A program made the position numbers and the translations under genes. Below the pieces are notes generated by a model. The model saw nothing but the letters and a program-made list of their open reading frames with translations. It was not told the origin of the DNA and did no database searches. A stretch of 64,000 nucleotides of DNA from the human T2T-CHM13v2.0 reference genome, Homo sapiens, in assembly GCF_009914755.1 (NCBI RefSeq), contig NC_060934.1. The stretch is one strand, 5' to 3'. This document shows, piece by piece, positions 1-17,620 of the stretch (position 1 is its first letter; each line of letters starts with the position of its first letter).

Positions 1-1127
1 AGTCATCTGCCCACCCAGTCTATTTTTTCCTCCAAAACAGACAGGGTTGCCCTGAGTTCAAATGGGAGACCAGAAACAAAAATGCCTGGCAGAGTACCTG
101 GCACAGAAGAGGCAATCAATAAATGTTTGTGTGACAGGATATTTAATTTGAGATAATCACTGAGCTTTGCATTTCCCTTTACTTTTGAAAATCTTCATTT
201 CTTTGGACCTCTTGCCATTCCTTCCTTTCCCTCAACTTGGGTACTTGGTGCTTGCTTTCTTCCACAAGTGATGGCATGACAGAAAATAGGGGAGAGGAGA
301 GTCCTATCTGGGCTTTTGAATGACAAAAATTTAAGCCCAAATGTAAGGAAAAAAGATTTGGAAGAATGCATGGTGACAGAAGAACTGGCTGACTCTGAAT
401 ACCAGGTGGAGATTTCCTGGACTCTGGGGAGGAGAGTCAGAGGTGAAGAAAAGCATAGATGCTGTTGGGTCCCTGGGAAGAGGACTTGTATGTTACACAC
501 TGTAGTTTTGGACTAAAACTTGTTCCTGACATGTTGGGTGTTAATGGTTGCTTAAGAGCACTAGAGGGGGTGGAGTAATCCAAAATTTCTAACACATGAG
601 GGTATGAGAGGCTTCTTGGGGGAAGAAATATAATTCGAGCTGAGTTCTGAAGGGTGATTGAGATTTGGATAGATGAAATCTACCAGCTCCAAGCTGAAGC
701 CTCTTGAGACAGCAAACTCAGGTTTGCTCTCTTGGCCAGTTGAATGGATGGTGGTCTGTGACAGTTCCTGTGGGGAAGGAGGAGGCTGGTCTGGAGGCAA
801 GGCTGAAAGAGGTGGGGGTGTTGGCCATGGAGGCAGAAGAGAAGTTAGTGGGAGGAGATGAGCAAGCCCAGGGAGGGTGGGGCTGGCCTAGTCCCTGAGG
901 CAGGAGAGTGGGTCATCCTTTTCTGAAATAGCCACACATATCCAAAAAAGGCCAGGCCACTGATCTGAGTTTGTACCTGCCCATTCCATAGCTGGATGCC
1001 TGGAGGAAAAACAAGGCAGTTGACATGGTAACAGTCCCCCTTTTCTCTGTTCCCTTCTGTGCCCACACTGGCACCTACTGTATTGATTTGGGAAGAGCCT
1101 CACCTTTTATGGATTAAAAATAGTGTA

Positions 1128-1423
1128 TCACACCTGTAATTCCAGCACTTTGCGGGGGCTGAGGTGGGCAGATCGCTTGAGCCCAGGAGTTCGAGACCAG
1201 CCTGAGCGACATGGCGAAACCTCATCTCTACAAAACAAAAACAAAACAAAAATTAGCCATGTGTGGTGGTGTGCATCTGTAGTCCCACCTACTCGCGAGG
1301 CTGAGGTGGGAGGATTGCCTCAGCACAGGAGGTCAAGGGTGCGGTGAGCTGTGATTGTGCCATCACACTCCAGCCTGGGCAATAGAGTGAGACCTTGCTT
1401 CAAAAAAACAACAAAAAACCAAA
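1128..1423 (+). mobile_element. AluJ, slightly 5'-truncated
   Basis: cacctgtaattccagcactttg...gagcccaggagttcgagaccagcctg, A-rich linker, right arm gaggtgggaggattgc, A/C tail. Confidence 0.93.
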
Positions 1424-2589
1424 GAGAATATTGGAGGAGTGGGGAAACCAGGATTCTGGTAGCAACTTTACCCCTCAACATACTGTGGGACTGTGAGCCC
1501 GTTTCCTCAGGGATTAAGTGAGGGGCTGAACACAGTCTCTCAGATACCTTCCTGCTCTTACTGGGAGTGCACCTGTGATGTTCGGAAGGTAGGACCCCAT
1601 GTGTCTCTTTGTAAATTGGCCCAGCTTGGGAAAGGCTTTGGCATTTCAGCACTGTTGTCCCCCACCCCAAGATGACAGATGTTACCTGTCCACATAATGG
1701 TTCTCACTATCTCCCATGTTGTGTAAAAATAACCTATATTTTTAACCAGTTGAACCAGGAATCAGAGGGAGAAAGTTTCCCCTAAGCCAGATGGCTCAAG
1801 ACACTTGGACTGTTGTCTTTTTCTTCTGTTCCCTTCATATGAGGCACTTTCCCTTTCAAACCTTCTAGATCATGAGCTCCCCACCAGAGAGAATTGGGTC
1901 TTCTGGATTCTGGGCAAAGAAAGAACTGGAACTTCTTGTTAAATCCTGTCCTCCTCCTCTTCTGCCTCCCTCTGTAAGTGGCTTAACTCTTTCATCTGCT
2001 CCAGCAAGCAGCATGTCCTAGCTTGGTCTGAAGTTTGGGGAAGAGTGAACTATTGCTTCTGGAAGTTCTTCACATTTCTAAGGGGCAAGGAGGTTCTGTC
2101 ATGTACCAGGTTTGTAGTAGGTTCTCACTTGGCAATAAAACTACTAGCACCACCAACACCACATCATCTACACTTTCATCTGTTTGGACAAGTACATCAA
2201 TACTATTGTCTCTGAAAAACAGGCAAAGCCAAGGTTGAACGGGTCCTCAGAGCTATGACTTCCACTTTCCATCAGTCTGACTGACTGTGCCATAAAGGTC
2301 CATGTCTTGCTGCTTCCCTCCTGGTAGGTGGGATGGAAAGTGTAGGTGCTGGTGATCAGAACTGGGAAATTCCTGTATATTCACAGCTAATCGTTTTCTC
2401 CCCTTGAATCAATGTGAGCTGTTATTTTTTTTTTTTCCTTCTCCAGCTGACAGAGTATGGCTCTGTGTAGAGTATTACTTTGACCATTTTGCTCCAGGAA
2501 AAGCATTAGTAATTTATAAATAAAATACACATAAAAATAGGAGAAGTCAAATATAGGTTTATTGACAACAAAGGCACTATTAATGTTGG

Positions 2590-2850
2590 ACCGGGCTGGT
2601 TTGAAGTTGAGTTAGTTTTTGTTGCTGATTTATGTGCTGTTTGTTTTAGGAGGGCTGCGAGTGAGTCGTGATGGTTCTTGGGAACTGGCAGCTGGGAAGG
2701 GGCAGAACTGGTTTGGGTCGGAGTTCCCAGAGGAATGAAATGGGCGGAGGAGCAGCAGCGGCTGCGGTGGGAATGATTTGCATCTCTCTCTCTGCTTGAT
2801 GGTTGTGTATTTAAGCAAGAGTGCATTGCCAGGAAATTGAGAAAGTAAGT
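2590..2850 (+). promoter_or_regulatory. candidate promoter/enhancer with possible non-coding first exon
   Basis: Non-repeat, local CpG retention, GC box 2742-2749, octamer ATTTGCAT 2776-2783, two GGAATG, TTCN4GAA 2675-2684, donor AAA|GTAAGT at 2845. Confidence 0.4.
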
Positions 2851-3538
2851 GTGCATGTGTGCTTTATGTCAAGCATAGCTCATTTAAAGTATACCTGTGT
2901 GGACATGAGGGTTTGCAGAAAACTGTTATTTATTTCTCTTGAATTTACCCTACTTGTTAAACAAAATTTGACAGATGGTTTGCAGCAAGAGTAATGAGGC
3001 CATTACATAGCCAAGTTTTATCTTTACCATATCAGTTGTTATGTGAAAAAGGGGGTTTTCTCGGTTTGGGGAGTTTAATTCCCTCCCTGTAGAGAGAATC
3101 AGAATTGTTTAACTGGAAAATTAACAGAATTGAAAGTTCATTTTCTGAGCCTTACCACTTGGGGTAGTTACTTGTTAAAACCTTTCACCAGGGCCATCTG
3201 ACTTGAAGGTGCTGTGAAATGCTTTGTGGCAGATGTGAAAAATTTGTGATTGAAGGAGTTTTTTCCCCCACTCCGGTGTAACAAACTTCAGGGTTGATTT
3301 TTGTTTCTCGTTCCATTCCATTACGTGCATGCTTGCTGTCTCTGTCTCTGTCTCTGTGTCTTCCTATCACGCTTTCTTGCGTGCATGTTGGCTTGCTTTC
3401 TTATTTGCACAGATGTCACATTTTTGTCACCACCATACAAATATCATCCCTGTGGAGAACATATCGCTTCTCAGTGTGCCTCTCTGTGTTTTGGGGACTG
3501 ACTGGTGAACTGCAGGAATGCTGGGTCTTTTATATGGC

Positions 3539-4010
3539 TGTGTTAGTTTCCTGTTGCTGCTGTAACAAAGTACCACAAACTCAGTGGCTTAAAAACAATG
3601 CACAATGTATTCCCTCACAACTCTGGAGGTCAGAAGTCTGAAATGGGTTTCACTGGGTTAAAATCAAGGCATCAGCAGGGCCCTCTTCCCTCTGGAGGCT
3701 GTAGGGGAGAATCTGTTTCTTTGCCTTCCCAGCTTCTAAGGCTGCTAGCATTTTTTGGCTCTCGGCCCGGTGTCACTCCAACCTCCGTTTCTGATTTTAC
3801 ATCTTCTTCTTAGACCTTCTGCCTGCCTCTTACAAACGAGCCTTGTGATTACACTAGGCCCACCTGGGTAATCCAGGACACTCTCCCTATCTCAAAATCC
3901 TAGTTTAATCACCTCAGCAAAGTCCCATTTGCCATGTAAGGTCACATAATCACAGGCTTCAGGAATTAGGATGTGGATATCTTGGCAGGAAGCACATTAT
4001 TCTGCCTACA
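3539..4010 (-). mobile_element. ERVL-MaLR solo LTR (MLT1C-like)
   Basis: tgtgttagtttcct..gctgctgtaacaaagtaccacaaactcagtggcttaaa..tctggaggtcagaagtctgaa..ctgcctaca; 5-bp TSD atggc/atggt. Confidence 0.85.
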
Positions 4011-4221
4011 ATGGTAGGCAAGAAGACATCAGGTGGTAAACATGGACATATTTCTCCTCGTAGTTTTCTCAGGAGCTTTCCTGAACTTCTGGAATCACCT
4101 TAACTGTTGTTATAATCAAAGAGTGATTATTACTGTTTTGGGGTATTTCTTTGTTCTCCAGAACCTAAACACTACAGCCTAGCTTCATTCCTGTCTGTGG
4201 TACAGATTCAAAGGCAGTCCT

Positions 4222-4393
4222 CCTTTACCTGTTTTTTTTTTTTTTTCCTTTCTTCTTCTTGGTTCCCAAGAGAAGATTCTACCACTTTTCTTAGTTTCTT
4301 CTTCTCTTCCTCTTCCTTTCTTCTCCTCATCCCCCTCCTCCTTCTTCCTTCCTCCTCCCTCCTTTTTCCTTCTTCTTCTTCTTTTTTTTTTTT
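4222..4393. repeat. CT-rich low-complexity polypyrimidine tract
   Basis: Runs of ttc/ctc/tcc and poly-T; almost purine-free from ~4295 to 4392. Confidence 0.9.
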
Positions 4394-4533
4394 AAATAAC
4401 CATAACAAAGCCCAAAATGTCAGCCTCCAAATGTCCTCTGTTCCCATCTCTGGTCTGGGGAAGATCACAGTCCTTATTTGAAGAGGCTGGAGCAGTGGTC
4501 CTTCCAGTGTCTGTTCAGGATGTGTAGGGGGTC

Positions 4534-4948
4534 TGATATAGTTTGGAGATATGTCCCCTCCAAATTGCATGTTGAAATTTGGTCCCCAGTGTTGGAGGTA
4601 GGGCCTAATGGGAGGTGTTTGGGTCCTTGGGGTGGATCCATCATGAATGGCTTGATACTGTCCTTGTGGTTATGAGTGAGTTCTTGCTCTATTAGTCCCT
4701 GGAGAACTGATAGTTAAAAAGAGGCTGGTATCTCCCTCCTCCTCTTGCTCCTTTGTCTTGCCATGTGTCAGGCCCTCCTTCGCCTTCCGCTAGGAGTGAA
4801 AGCAGCCCAAGACCCTCACCAGATACAGATGCTGCTGCCATGCTTCTTGTACAGCCTGTAGAACTGTGAGCCAAATCAACCTCTTTTCTTTATAAATTAC
4901 CCACCTAACCTGAGTGTTCCTTTATAACAATACAAACAGACTAAGACA
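4534..4948 (+). mobile_element. ERVL-MaLR solo LTR (MSTB-like)
   Basis: TG..CA ends (tgatatagtttgg...cagactaagaca), perfect 5-bp TSD gggtc at 4529-4533 and 4949-4953. Confidence 0.9.
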
Positions 4949-5052
4949 GGGTCAGAGGCTGTGCCTGAAAGGAGTCTCGGTGAAGGTGACTGGGCCTTTC
5001 CGATGACTCTTTAGAATTTCTATTCTGGGTAGCAGAAAAAAGCATAGGAAGG

Positions 5053-5436
5053 TCATCAACTGATGAATAAAAAAAAATGTGGCATATCCATATAATGGAA
5101 TATTATTCAGCCATAGAAAAGAATCAAGTGTTGATACATGCTACAGTGTGGATGAACCTTAAACATATTAGGTTAAGTGAAAGAAGCCAGATGGCACGTA
5201 TTTTATGATTCCATTTATAGGAAATATCCAGAATAGGTAAATTCATAGAGACAGAAGTAGATTAGTAGTTGCCAGGGGCTGGTGGATGGTGGTGGGGAGT
5301 AGGGAATGAATGGTAGTGGGTATGAGTTTTTCTTTCAAGGTGACAAAATATTTTGGAACTAGATAGTGGTGATGGTTGCACAACATTGTGAATGTGCAAA
5401 TGTCAGGGAATTGTTCACTTTAAAGTAGTTAATTTA
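5053..5436 (+). mobile_element. L1MB-type 3' end fragment (last bases resume at ~11919-11943)
   Basis: aatgtggcatatccatataatggaatattattcagcc..agtgaaagaagccaga..gatagtggtgatggttgcacaacattgtgaatgt. Confidence 0.85.
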
Positions 5437-5441
5437 ATTAA

Positions 5442-5745
<304 letters not shown>

Positions 5746-5987
5746 ATTAATTTTATGTTTTTCTTTTTTCTTTTTTTTTAAATTATACTTTAAGTTCTAG
5801 GGTACACGTGCACAATGTGCAGGTTTGTTACATAGGTATACTTGTACCATGTTGGTTTGCTGCATCTATCACCTTGTCATTTACATTAGATATTTCTCCT
5901 AATGCTATCCCTCCCCAAGCCCCCCACCTCCTGACAGGCCCTAGTGTGTGTGATGTTCCTCGCCCTGTGTCCAAGTGTTCTCAGTGT

Positions 5988-9787
<3,800 letters not shown>

Positions 9788-9850
9788 TATGACATTAGCT
9801 GGTTATTTTGCCTGTTAATTGATGCAATTTCTTCATAGCATCCATGGTCT

Positions 9851-10874
9851 TTAAATTTGGCATGTTTTTGCAGTGGCTGGTACCGGTTGTTCCTTTCCAG
9901 GTTTAGTGCTTCCTTCAGGAGCTCTGTAAGGCAGTTCTGGTGGTGACAAAATCTCTCAGCATTTGTTTGTCTATTAAGGATTTTATTTCTCCTTCACTTA
10001 TGAAGCTTAGTTTGGCTGGATATGAAATTCTGGGTTGAAAATTCTTTTCTTTAAGAATGTTGAATATTGGCCCCCACTGTCTTCTGGCTTGTTGGGTTTC
10101 TGCTGAGAGATCCGCTGTTAGTCTGATGGGCTTCCCTTTGTGGGTAACCCGACCTTTCTCTCTGGCTGCCCTTAACATTTTTTCCTTCATTTCAACCTTG
10201 GTGAATCTGACAATTATGTGTCTTGAGGTTGTTCTTCTTGAGGAGTATCTTTGTGGTGTTCTCTGTATTTCCCGAATTTGAATGTTGGCCTGCCTTGGTA
10301 GGTTGGGGAAGTTTTCCTGGATAATATCCTGAAGAGTGTCTTCCAACTTGGTTCAATTTTCCTGTCACTTTCAGGTACACCCATCAAACATAGATTTGGT
10401 CTTTCACATAGTCCCATATTTTTTGGAGGCTTTGTTTGTTTCTTTTTACTCTTTTTTGTCTAAACTTGTCCTCTTGCTTTATTTCATTAATTTGATCTTC
10501 AATCACTGATATTTTTTCTTCCACTTGATCGAATCAGCTATTGAAGCTTGTGCCTGCCTCGTGAAGTTCTTGTGCCATGGTTTTCAGCTCCATCAGGTCA
10601 TTTAAGTTCTTCTCTCTACACTGTTTATTCTAGTTAGCCATTCGTCTAGCCATTTTTCAAGGTCTTTAGCTTCCTTGCGATGGGTTCGAACATCTTCCTT
10701 TAGCTCAGAGAAGTTTGTTATTACTGACCTTCTGAAGCCTACTTCTGTCAGCTCGTCAAAGTCATTCTCCGTCCTGCTTTGTTCTGTTGCTGGCGAGGAG
10801 CTGTGATCCTTTGGAGGAGAAGAGGTGCTCTGGTTTTTAGAATTTTCAACTTTTCTGCTTTGGTTTCTCTCCAT
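9851..10874 (-). pseudogene. disrupted L1 ORF1
   Basis: Fragments with IIQENFPNL, REKG, YPAKLS motifs in different frames. Confidence 0.92.
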
Positions 10875-12149
10875 CTTTATGGTTTTATCTACCTTTGGTC
10901 TTTGCTGTTGGTGACCTACAGATGGGGTTTTGGTGTGGATGCCCTTTTTGTTGATGTTGATGCTATTCCCCTTTCTGTTTGTTAGTTTTCCTTCTAACAG
11001 TCAGGTTCCTCAGCTGCAGGTCTGTTGGAGTTTGCTGGAGGTCTACTCCAGACCCTGTTTACCTGGGTATCACCAGCGGAGGCTGCAGAACAGTAAATAT
11101 TACAGAACAGCAAATATTGCTGCCTGATCCTTCCTCTGGAAGCTTCGTCCCAGAGGGGCATCCACCTATATGAGGTGTCTGTCGGCCCCTACTGGGAGGT
11201 GTCTCCCAGTTAGACTACACGGGGGTCAGGGACCCACTTGAGGGGAGGCATTCTGTCCATTCTCAGAGCTCAAACGCCATGCTGGGAGAACCACTGCTCT
11301 CTTCAGAGCTGTCAGACAGGGACGTTTAAGTCCACAGAAGTTTCTGCTGCCTTTTGTTCAGCTATGTCCTGCCCACAGAGGTGGAGTCTATAGAGGCAGT
11401 AGGCCTTGCTGAGCTGCAGTGGGCTCTGCCCAGCTCGAACTTCCCAGCTGCTTTGTTTACCTACTCAAGCCTCAGCAATGGCAGACGCCCCTCCCCCTGC
11501 CTGACTGCAGCCTCGCAGGTCGATCTCAGACTGCTGCGCTAGCAGTGAGCAAGGCTCCGTGGGCGTGGGGCCCACCGAGCCAGGCACGGGAGAGAATCTC
11601 CTGGTATCCCGGTTGCTTAGACCATGGGAAAAGTGCAGTATTTGGTTGGGAGTGTCCCGTTTTTCCCAGTACAGTCTCTAATGGCTTCCCTTGACTAGGA
11701 AAGGGTAATCCCCTGACCCTTTGCACTTCCCAGGTGAGGCGATGCCCTGCCCTGCTTTGGCTCGCCCTCCGTGGGCTGCACCCACTGTCCAACCAGTCCC
11801 AATGAGATGAACCAGGTACCTCAGTTGGAAATGCAGAAATCACCTGTCTTCTGCATTGATCACACTAGGAGCTGCAGACCAGAGCTGTTCCTATTCGGCC
11901 ATCCATTAATGTTATGTTATATTAATTTTATCTCAATTAAAACATAGCAAAGGAAAGCTAGAAGGATCACTCAGAGTACTGAAGGGAGGGAGAGAAAGCT
12001 TGATCCTGATACATCCTTAGAATAAATGAGTAGAGAGTCAGTCTCTTCTAAAGTGCTTATTCTTTGATCTGTTCACTTTGGCTCTTTATTTTCTGTGTTG
12101 CATTGTTAACTGTTTTACTGGGCAGCAGTGGTGGTGTCAATGGTGGGAG

Positions 12150-12365
12150 TAATAAAAAGTGATTGCTAATCCGTGTACAGCACCCCTCTTGAAGCAGGCG
12201 CTGTTCTATGCCCTTCACATGTATTAACTCACTTAGTCCTTATTACAGCCCTGTGAAGTAGATACTGCGACTATCCTGAGGTAGCAGGTGGAGACATTGA
12301 GGCAGACCTTATACTCATTGAGGTCATGTGGCTAGTAAGTTTCATTTGGGAGTCTGAGGCCACTG
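12150..12365. mobile_element. MIR
   Basis: ttcacatgtattaactcacttagtcct..acagccctgtgaagtagatact..gaggtcatgtggctagtaagt. Confidence 0.65.
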
Positions 12366-13049
12366 CCAAACACAGATGGTTGGACTGGGAAGGACTTAGA
12401 GATCATCTGGTATAGGGGTTGCAAATTCAGAAGTCTCTGTGCAGAGAACATGAAAGAGCAAAGTAGTTTCATGTAAGATAATTAGGAATGGTGGTGGTAG
12501 TATAGACGGATTTTAAAAAATAACATAAAAATGCTATGTAGGCTGATTCAAGACATCTGTGGAAGTGGTACACCTTCCTGGCCACCAGATTGCAGCCTCT
12601 AATTTAGTTCAACCTCCTTGTTTTAAAGAGAAGGAAATGGAAGCACAAAGGGATGAGGCAGATTGTCCTAGTCACCCATCCGTGAGTGGTAGAGGGGACC
12701 TGGGTCCCAGGAGCCCAAGTCCCACACCCTTCTTTGTTCTACAACATGGGATTCCCATACCTTCTATTGCCTTGGGGCTGAGCATAGAGAAGTCATTTAC
12801 TAAACACTACCTGAATTGATATTAAACTAAAATAAAAGGGCAGGTATGTGGAGAGGTGGGGAAAGGGCTGAACTTCTGGGGCAAGCAGGACGCAGATGAT
12901 GCAGCTGAATACATGACATCAGGCCCTGGAAGTGTCATTGGTAGAGGATGCTAAAGGTCTCCCCTTAGTGGTCCCCACAGCAGAAGCTGGCTCTGAGCTG
13001 AGCCTGAGGGCTTGGGTGCCTATGTGGTGAAGGAGATGGCATTTGCTCA

Positions 13050-13270
13050 GCAATCAGATGACCTGGCCTGGCCCCAGCTTTGCCTCCTCCCAGTAGTGCA
13101 GCCTTGGACAATCATTTCCCCTCTTTGAACTTCAGTTTCCTCACTTGTAAATGGGAGCTTATATCATTTGCCCTCTTTCCTCATGAAGGTATTGGAAAGC
13201 AAATGGGGTAATGTGGGTAAAATAGCTTTACAAACTGTAAAGTACTGTCCACATATAGGTTGTTGCTGCT
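13050..13270. mobile_element. MIR
   Basis: ccttggacaatcatttcccctctttgaacttcagtttcctcacttgtaaatggg core. Confidence 0.7.
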
Positions 13271-14354
13271 ACTACTGGCTCTCCCTGGGTGGAGAGCCTG
13301 TGAGAATGGGTGCATGAGCATGTGTGCATGCATCCTGCTGGAAATGCCTGTGTCATACTGAGGACGTCCTTGTTCCATGTCATCCCATAACTACATGGTG
13401 GCTTATGTGGGGGTTGGTGCTAAGCTTGCAGAGCAGCCAGTAATTACCAAAGGAGAAAAAGAGCTCATAAAACAGGCGCCCAGTTCTGCTGCCCGGGGGC
13501 CTCTGTGTGAACTGTTCTAATGCTGTTTTTAATTTCACTTGAAATGGGGAACAAGAAGATTCTACTGCATTCACTTGAAATCCATATAGCCAGGAGCTAT
13601 GTGGGGACTGTGTATGGGGACCTCCTCCAGTCTCTACCTGTGGTGGGTAATAACAGAAATGGCTATTTAATTTATTGTCCAAATCAGGACCCTTTTGAAA
13701 ACGAAAGAGGGAGCTATAATAATTATGCTGGAAAAACAGGCATAACCTGAAACTGTCCCAGACTGGGATGTGTGGCTACTCTAGTAATAATACCTGGGCA
13801 TCGAAGTTCAGTTCAAGTCCAGGGCCGGGGCAGACTTCTCCATCTGTGCCATCCTTCTCCCTTCTTCCCTGCATCCTTTCTTCTCTCTGCCCCTTCCTGA
13901 GGCACCATTCCCCTCAGTGTCTGATAAAATGTCAGCCTCCACCCCAGTTGATAATTTTTATATAGAAAAAGCATCTGAAAACGTGGAGTTGGAAGACTCA
14001 GGATGTCAACTGTCAGTGACTTGGCTTTGAATAGGCCTTTTTATCACTCCGAGCTTTGGTTTTCTCATCTGCAGTATGGGGATAACATTCCTAACTTTAT
14101 GGGTTTTGCTGGGCAGATCAAACAAAAGAATTTACATGAAAATGATTCATGACTAATGAAGGGTTAATACAAATGTAAATTATTATTAATAAGATTATAG
14201 AGGGGTCTTGGACAAAGCAACCCAATGAACGACTTTATAGTGGGAGAATTTCTAGCTTCAGGGGAAGAGACATTTTGGAAGAGGTTGGTTGGTCTTTTCT
14301 GGGGCCCCAACTCTTATCATGGGGGCATTCATCCATGTAAATAATTGACCTTCA

Positions 14355-14600
14355 GGTAGAGTGGATTGTGGAGACAGACCTGCTCAAGTTTGAATCTGTT
14401 CTCTGCCTACTTGTGTGATCTTGGGCAAGATTTTTAACTTCTCTGGGTCTTGGGGTTACTCATCTGTATAATGGGGGACCAATAAACCTGTAATTTAGGG
14501 TCTTGGTGATGATTTAGGGTCTTGGTGATGTAATTTAGCGTCTTGGTGTGAGAGAATATTTACAAAACACCTAATACAGTGCCTGGCATACATAGGAATT
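14355..14600. mobile_element. MIR with internal 3x ~20-bp tandem repeat (14490-14548)
   Basis: tgtgatcttgggcaag..catctgtataatggg..acagtgcctggcatacatagg; atttagggtcttggtg repeated three times. Confidence 0.7.
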
Positions 14601-16084
14601 AGGCTCTCCTTTCTCCTTTGCTGCTCTCCCCAGGGTCACTGGGGTAGGAAATGAGAAGTTGGTATAGATCACCCTAATGGAATTCTCTGTGTATATGGTG
14701 TCTTCTTCACAACTTGGCCTATGTAGTAATCAGATGAAGACATTTTGGAAATCTTATTCTAAGGGACTTAGAAAGAAAGATGAATAAACAGGAAATTGGG
14801 GAGAAGTTTTAGTATTTTTTTGTTCTTATTTTTTTGGTCTTTCTTTTGTTAATTTTGTCCCATCCATCCATCTGGCATTTGTTAAGTACTTGAGATGTGC
14901 AAGCTGATGTGGGGGAGATAGAAAGATACCCAAGAAGCCTACAGCCTAGCTGATTTAAAGGGAACCTGAGTTTGGAGGTGCTTTAAAGTGTAAGATGATT
15001 GAGTCCAGTGGTGGTGGGACTTAGTTAGGGGTATGTATGAATTAGGACTCTTTTAGGTACAAGTGACCAAAACCCAACATACATTTGCCAAAGCCCTAGA
15101 GATAATTTATTTATTGACTCATAGCTGGGAAGTCCAGTGCTGGGTACAGAGGTTTGGGTGATGATTTTACCCTTGCTCCCAGCCCATTGACAAATTTCCT
15201 GTAGACCATCTGTTGGCTATACAGCATCCTCACTTGGATCCTCTGATATCCCCATATAATTGAGAAGGAGAGGGCATTTCAGGCCTTTGGCGGTTATTTG
15301 CTTACCAGTTGGCAGGTGTTATTTGCTCCTACTTTCAGGGCTGACTCAGAATGATGGGTGAGAGGTAAGTGTGGTTTGTGAGTACCTTTTGTGTGGAAGT
15401 TTGGGCAGGGATGTGAGCCCAGGTCTGCCTTGCCAAGGGTAATGAAATTCTGAAGCAGATTGGAGTATGTAGTTTATGATGATCTGGGCTATTTCTCTTT
15501 TTCTAGAGCTGGTAATGAAAATGCCCAGGATTAAGTCCAGTATGTAGAGTTCTGAATGGGTTGGCTAATGCAAACAGCTTAACTGACTTGGTAAGACTGG
15601 GATTGAGATAATTGTATCTGCAGGCTTTCTTTTTCTTTTCTTTTTCTTTCTTTCTTTCTTTTTTTTTTTTTTTTTTGTGAGAAAAGGGCAAATAGGCTCT
15701 TTACAACCTCATTCCAGACCACTTTTTAAAAATAATATAGTTCATTACAAACTGGCCCAGCTGGTATCCTTACCATAGCCTAGTATATTTGTGTTTTCCT
15801 ATGTTTATCTCATTCCTTACCCAAACTCCTCAAATCATCTTCTCTCTTAGGGTATTTCTTACCAAACTCTGATTCAGTGTTTATTATAAAGCCTTTCGTA
15901 ATATCCACAGCTACAACCTTTTCTTTTGATCTCCATGGCACATACTGTCTGAGCCATTCTGACCACAATTATTTATTACATGGTTTTCTTTCATTATATT
16001 AAAAAAATTCCAATTTGATTGTAAAACTCCTTGAAGATAGGATTCTGCCTCATAGTGCTTTATGTTTTCTATCACCCCTGGTAA

Positions 16085-16430
<346 letters not shown>

Positions 16431-16637
16431 TGATTTTATATTTTAAATAATGTAAGGCTGAGATTGGCAGGTAAATAATACAGGTGAGAATGACAGATGA
16501 AACCCACGAATCTTTTGTTTCCCTGCAAACCCTATAAAACAGTACAAAAAGAGGCATATACTCACAAGATGGAGATTACAAGAATGGAGGCAGTGACAGT
16601 CATATTTAATTGTTTGGTTAAAAAAATACATAATTTA

Positions 16638-16945
<308 letters not shown>

Positions 16946-16949
16946 CATA

Positions 16950-17620
16950 ATATGAAATGTACCATTTAAGTTATTTTAAAGTACATAATTAATTAGCATT
17001 TAAAGCAAACAGTGTTGTGCAACCACCACCTCCATCTAGTTCTTGAACATTTTCATGCCTCCAGAAGGAAACCTCATATGCATTAAGCATCACTCCCCAT
17101 TCTCCCCTCCCTCTAACTCCTGGCAACCACTAATCTGCTTTCTGTCTCTACAAATTTGCCTATTTTGGATATTTCACATAAATGGAATTATACAGTATGT
17201 GGTATTTTGTGTCTGGCTTCTTTCACTCAGAATACTATTTTTAAGGTCCACCCATGTTGTAGCATATGCCAATACTTCATTCCTTTTTGTGACTGAGTAA
17301 TATTCCACTGTAGGGATGCCACATTTGGTTTATCCATTATACATTTAACAGATAATGGATATCTGGGTTCTGGGTTGATTTTACATTTTGCTATTATGAA
17401 TAATGCTACTGTGAACATTCTTGTGCAGCTTTTTGTTTGAACACCTATTTTCAATTTTTTGGATGTATGCCTAGGAATAAAATTGATAGGTCATATCATA
17501 ATTCTATGTTTAATTTGTTGAGGAACTGCCAAACTGTTTTCACAACAGCACACCATTTTATATTCCCACCAGTAATATATGAAAGTTCTAGTTTCTCCAT
17601 ATCTTCACTAACCCTTGTTG
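16950..17620 (-). mobile_element. L1MB-type 3' end fragment
   Basis: ctggcaaccactaatctgctttctgtctct..aatggaattatacagtatgtgg..gaggaactgccaaactgtttt. Confidence 0.85.

Noticed and set aside
4208-4570. Lys/Glu/Arg-rich 120-aa ORF
   Set aside because: Translation of the CT-rich tract plus LTR sequence
14490-14548. Short direct repeats as CRISPR-like array
   Set aside because: No unique spacers, no cas genes, primate DNA
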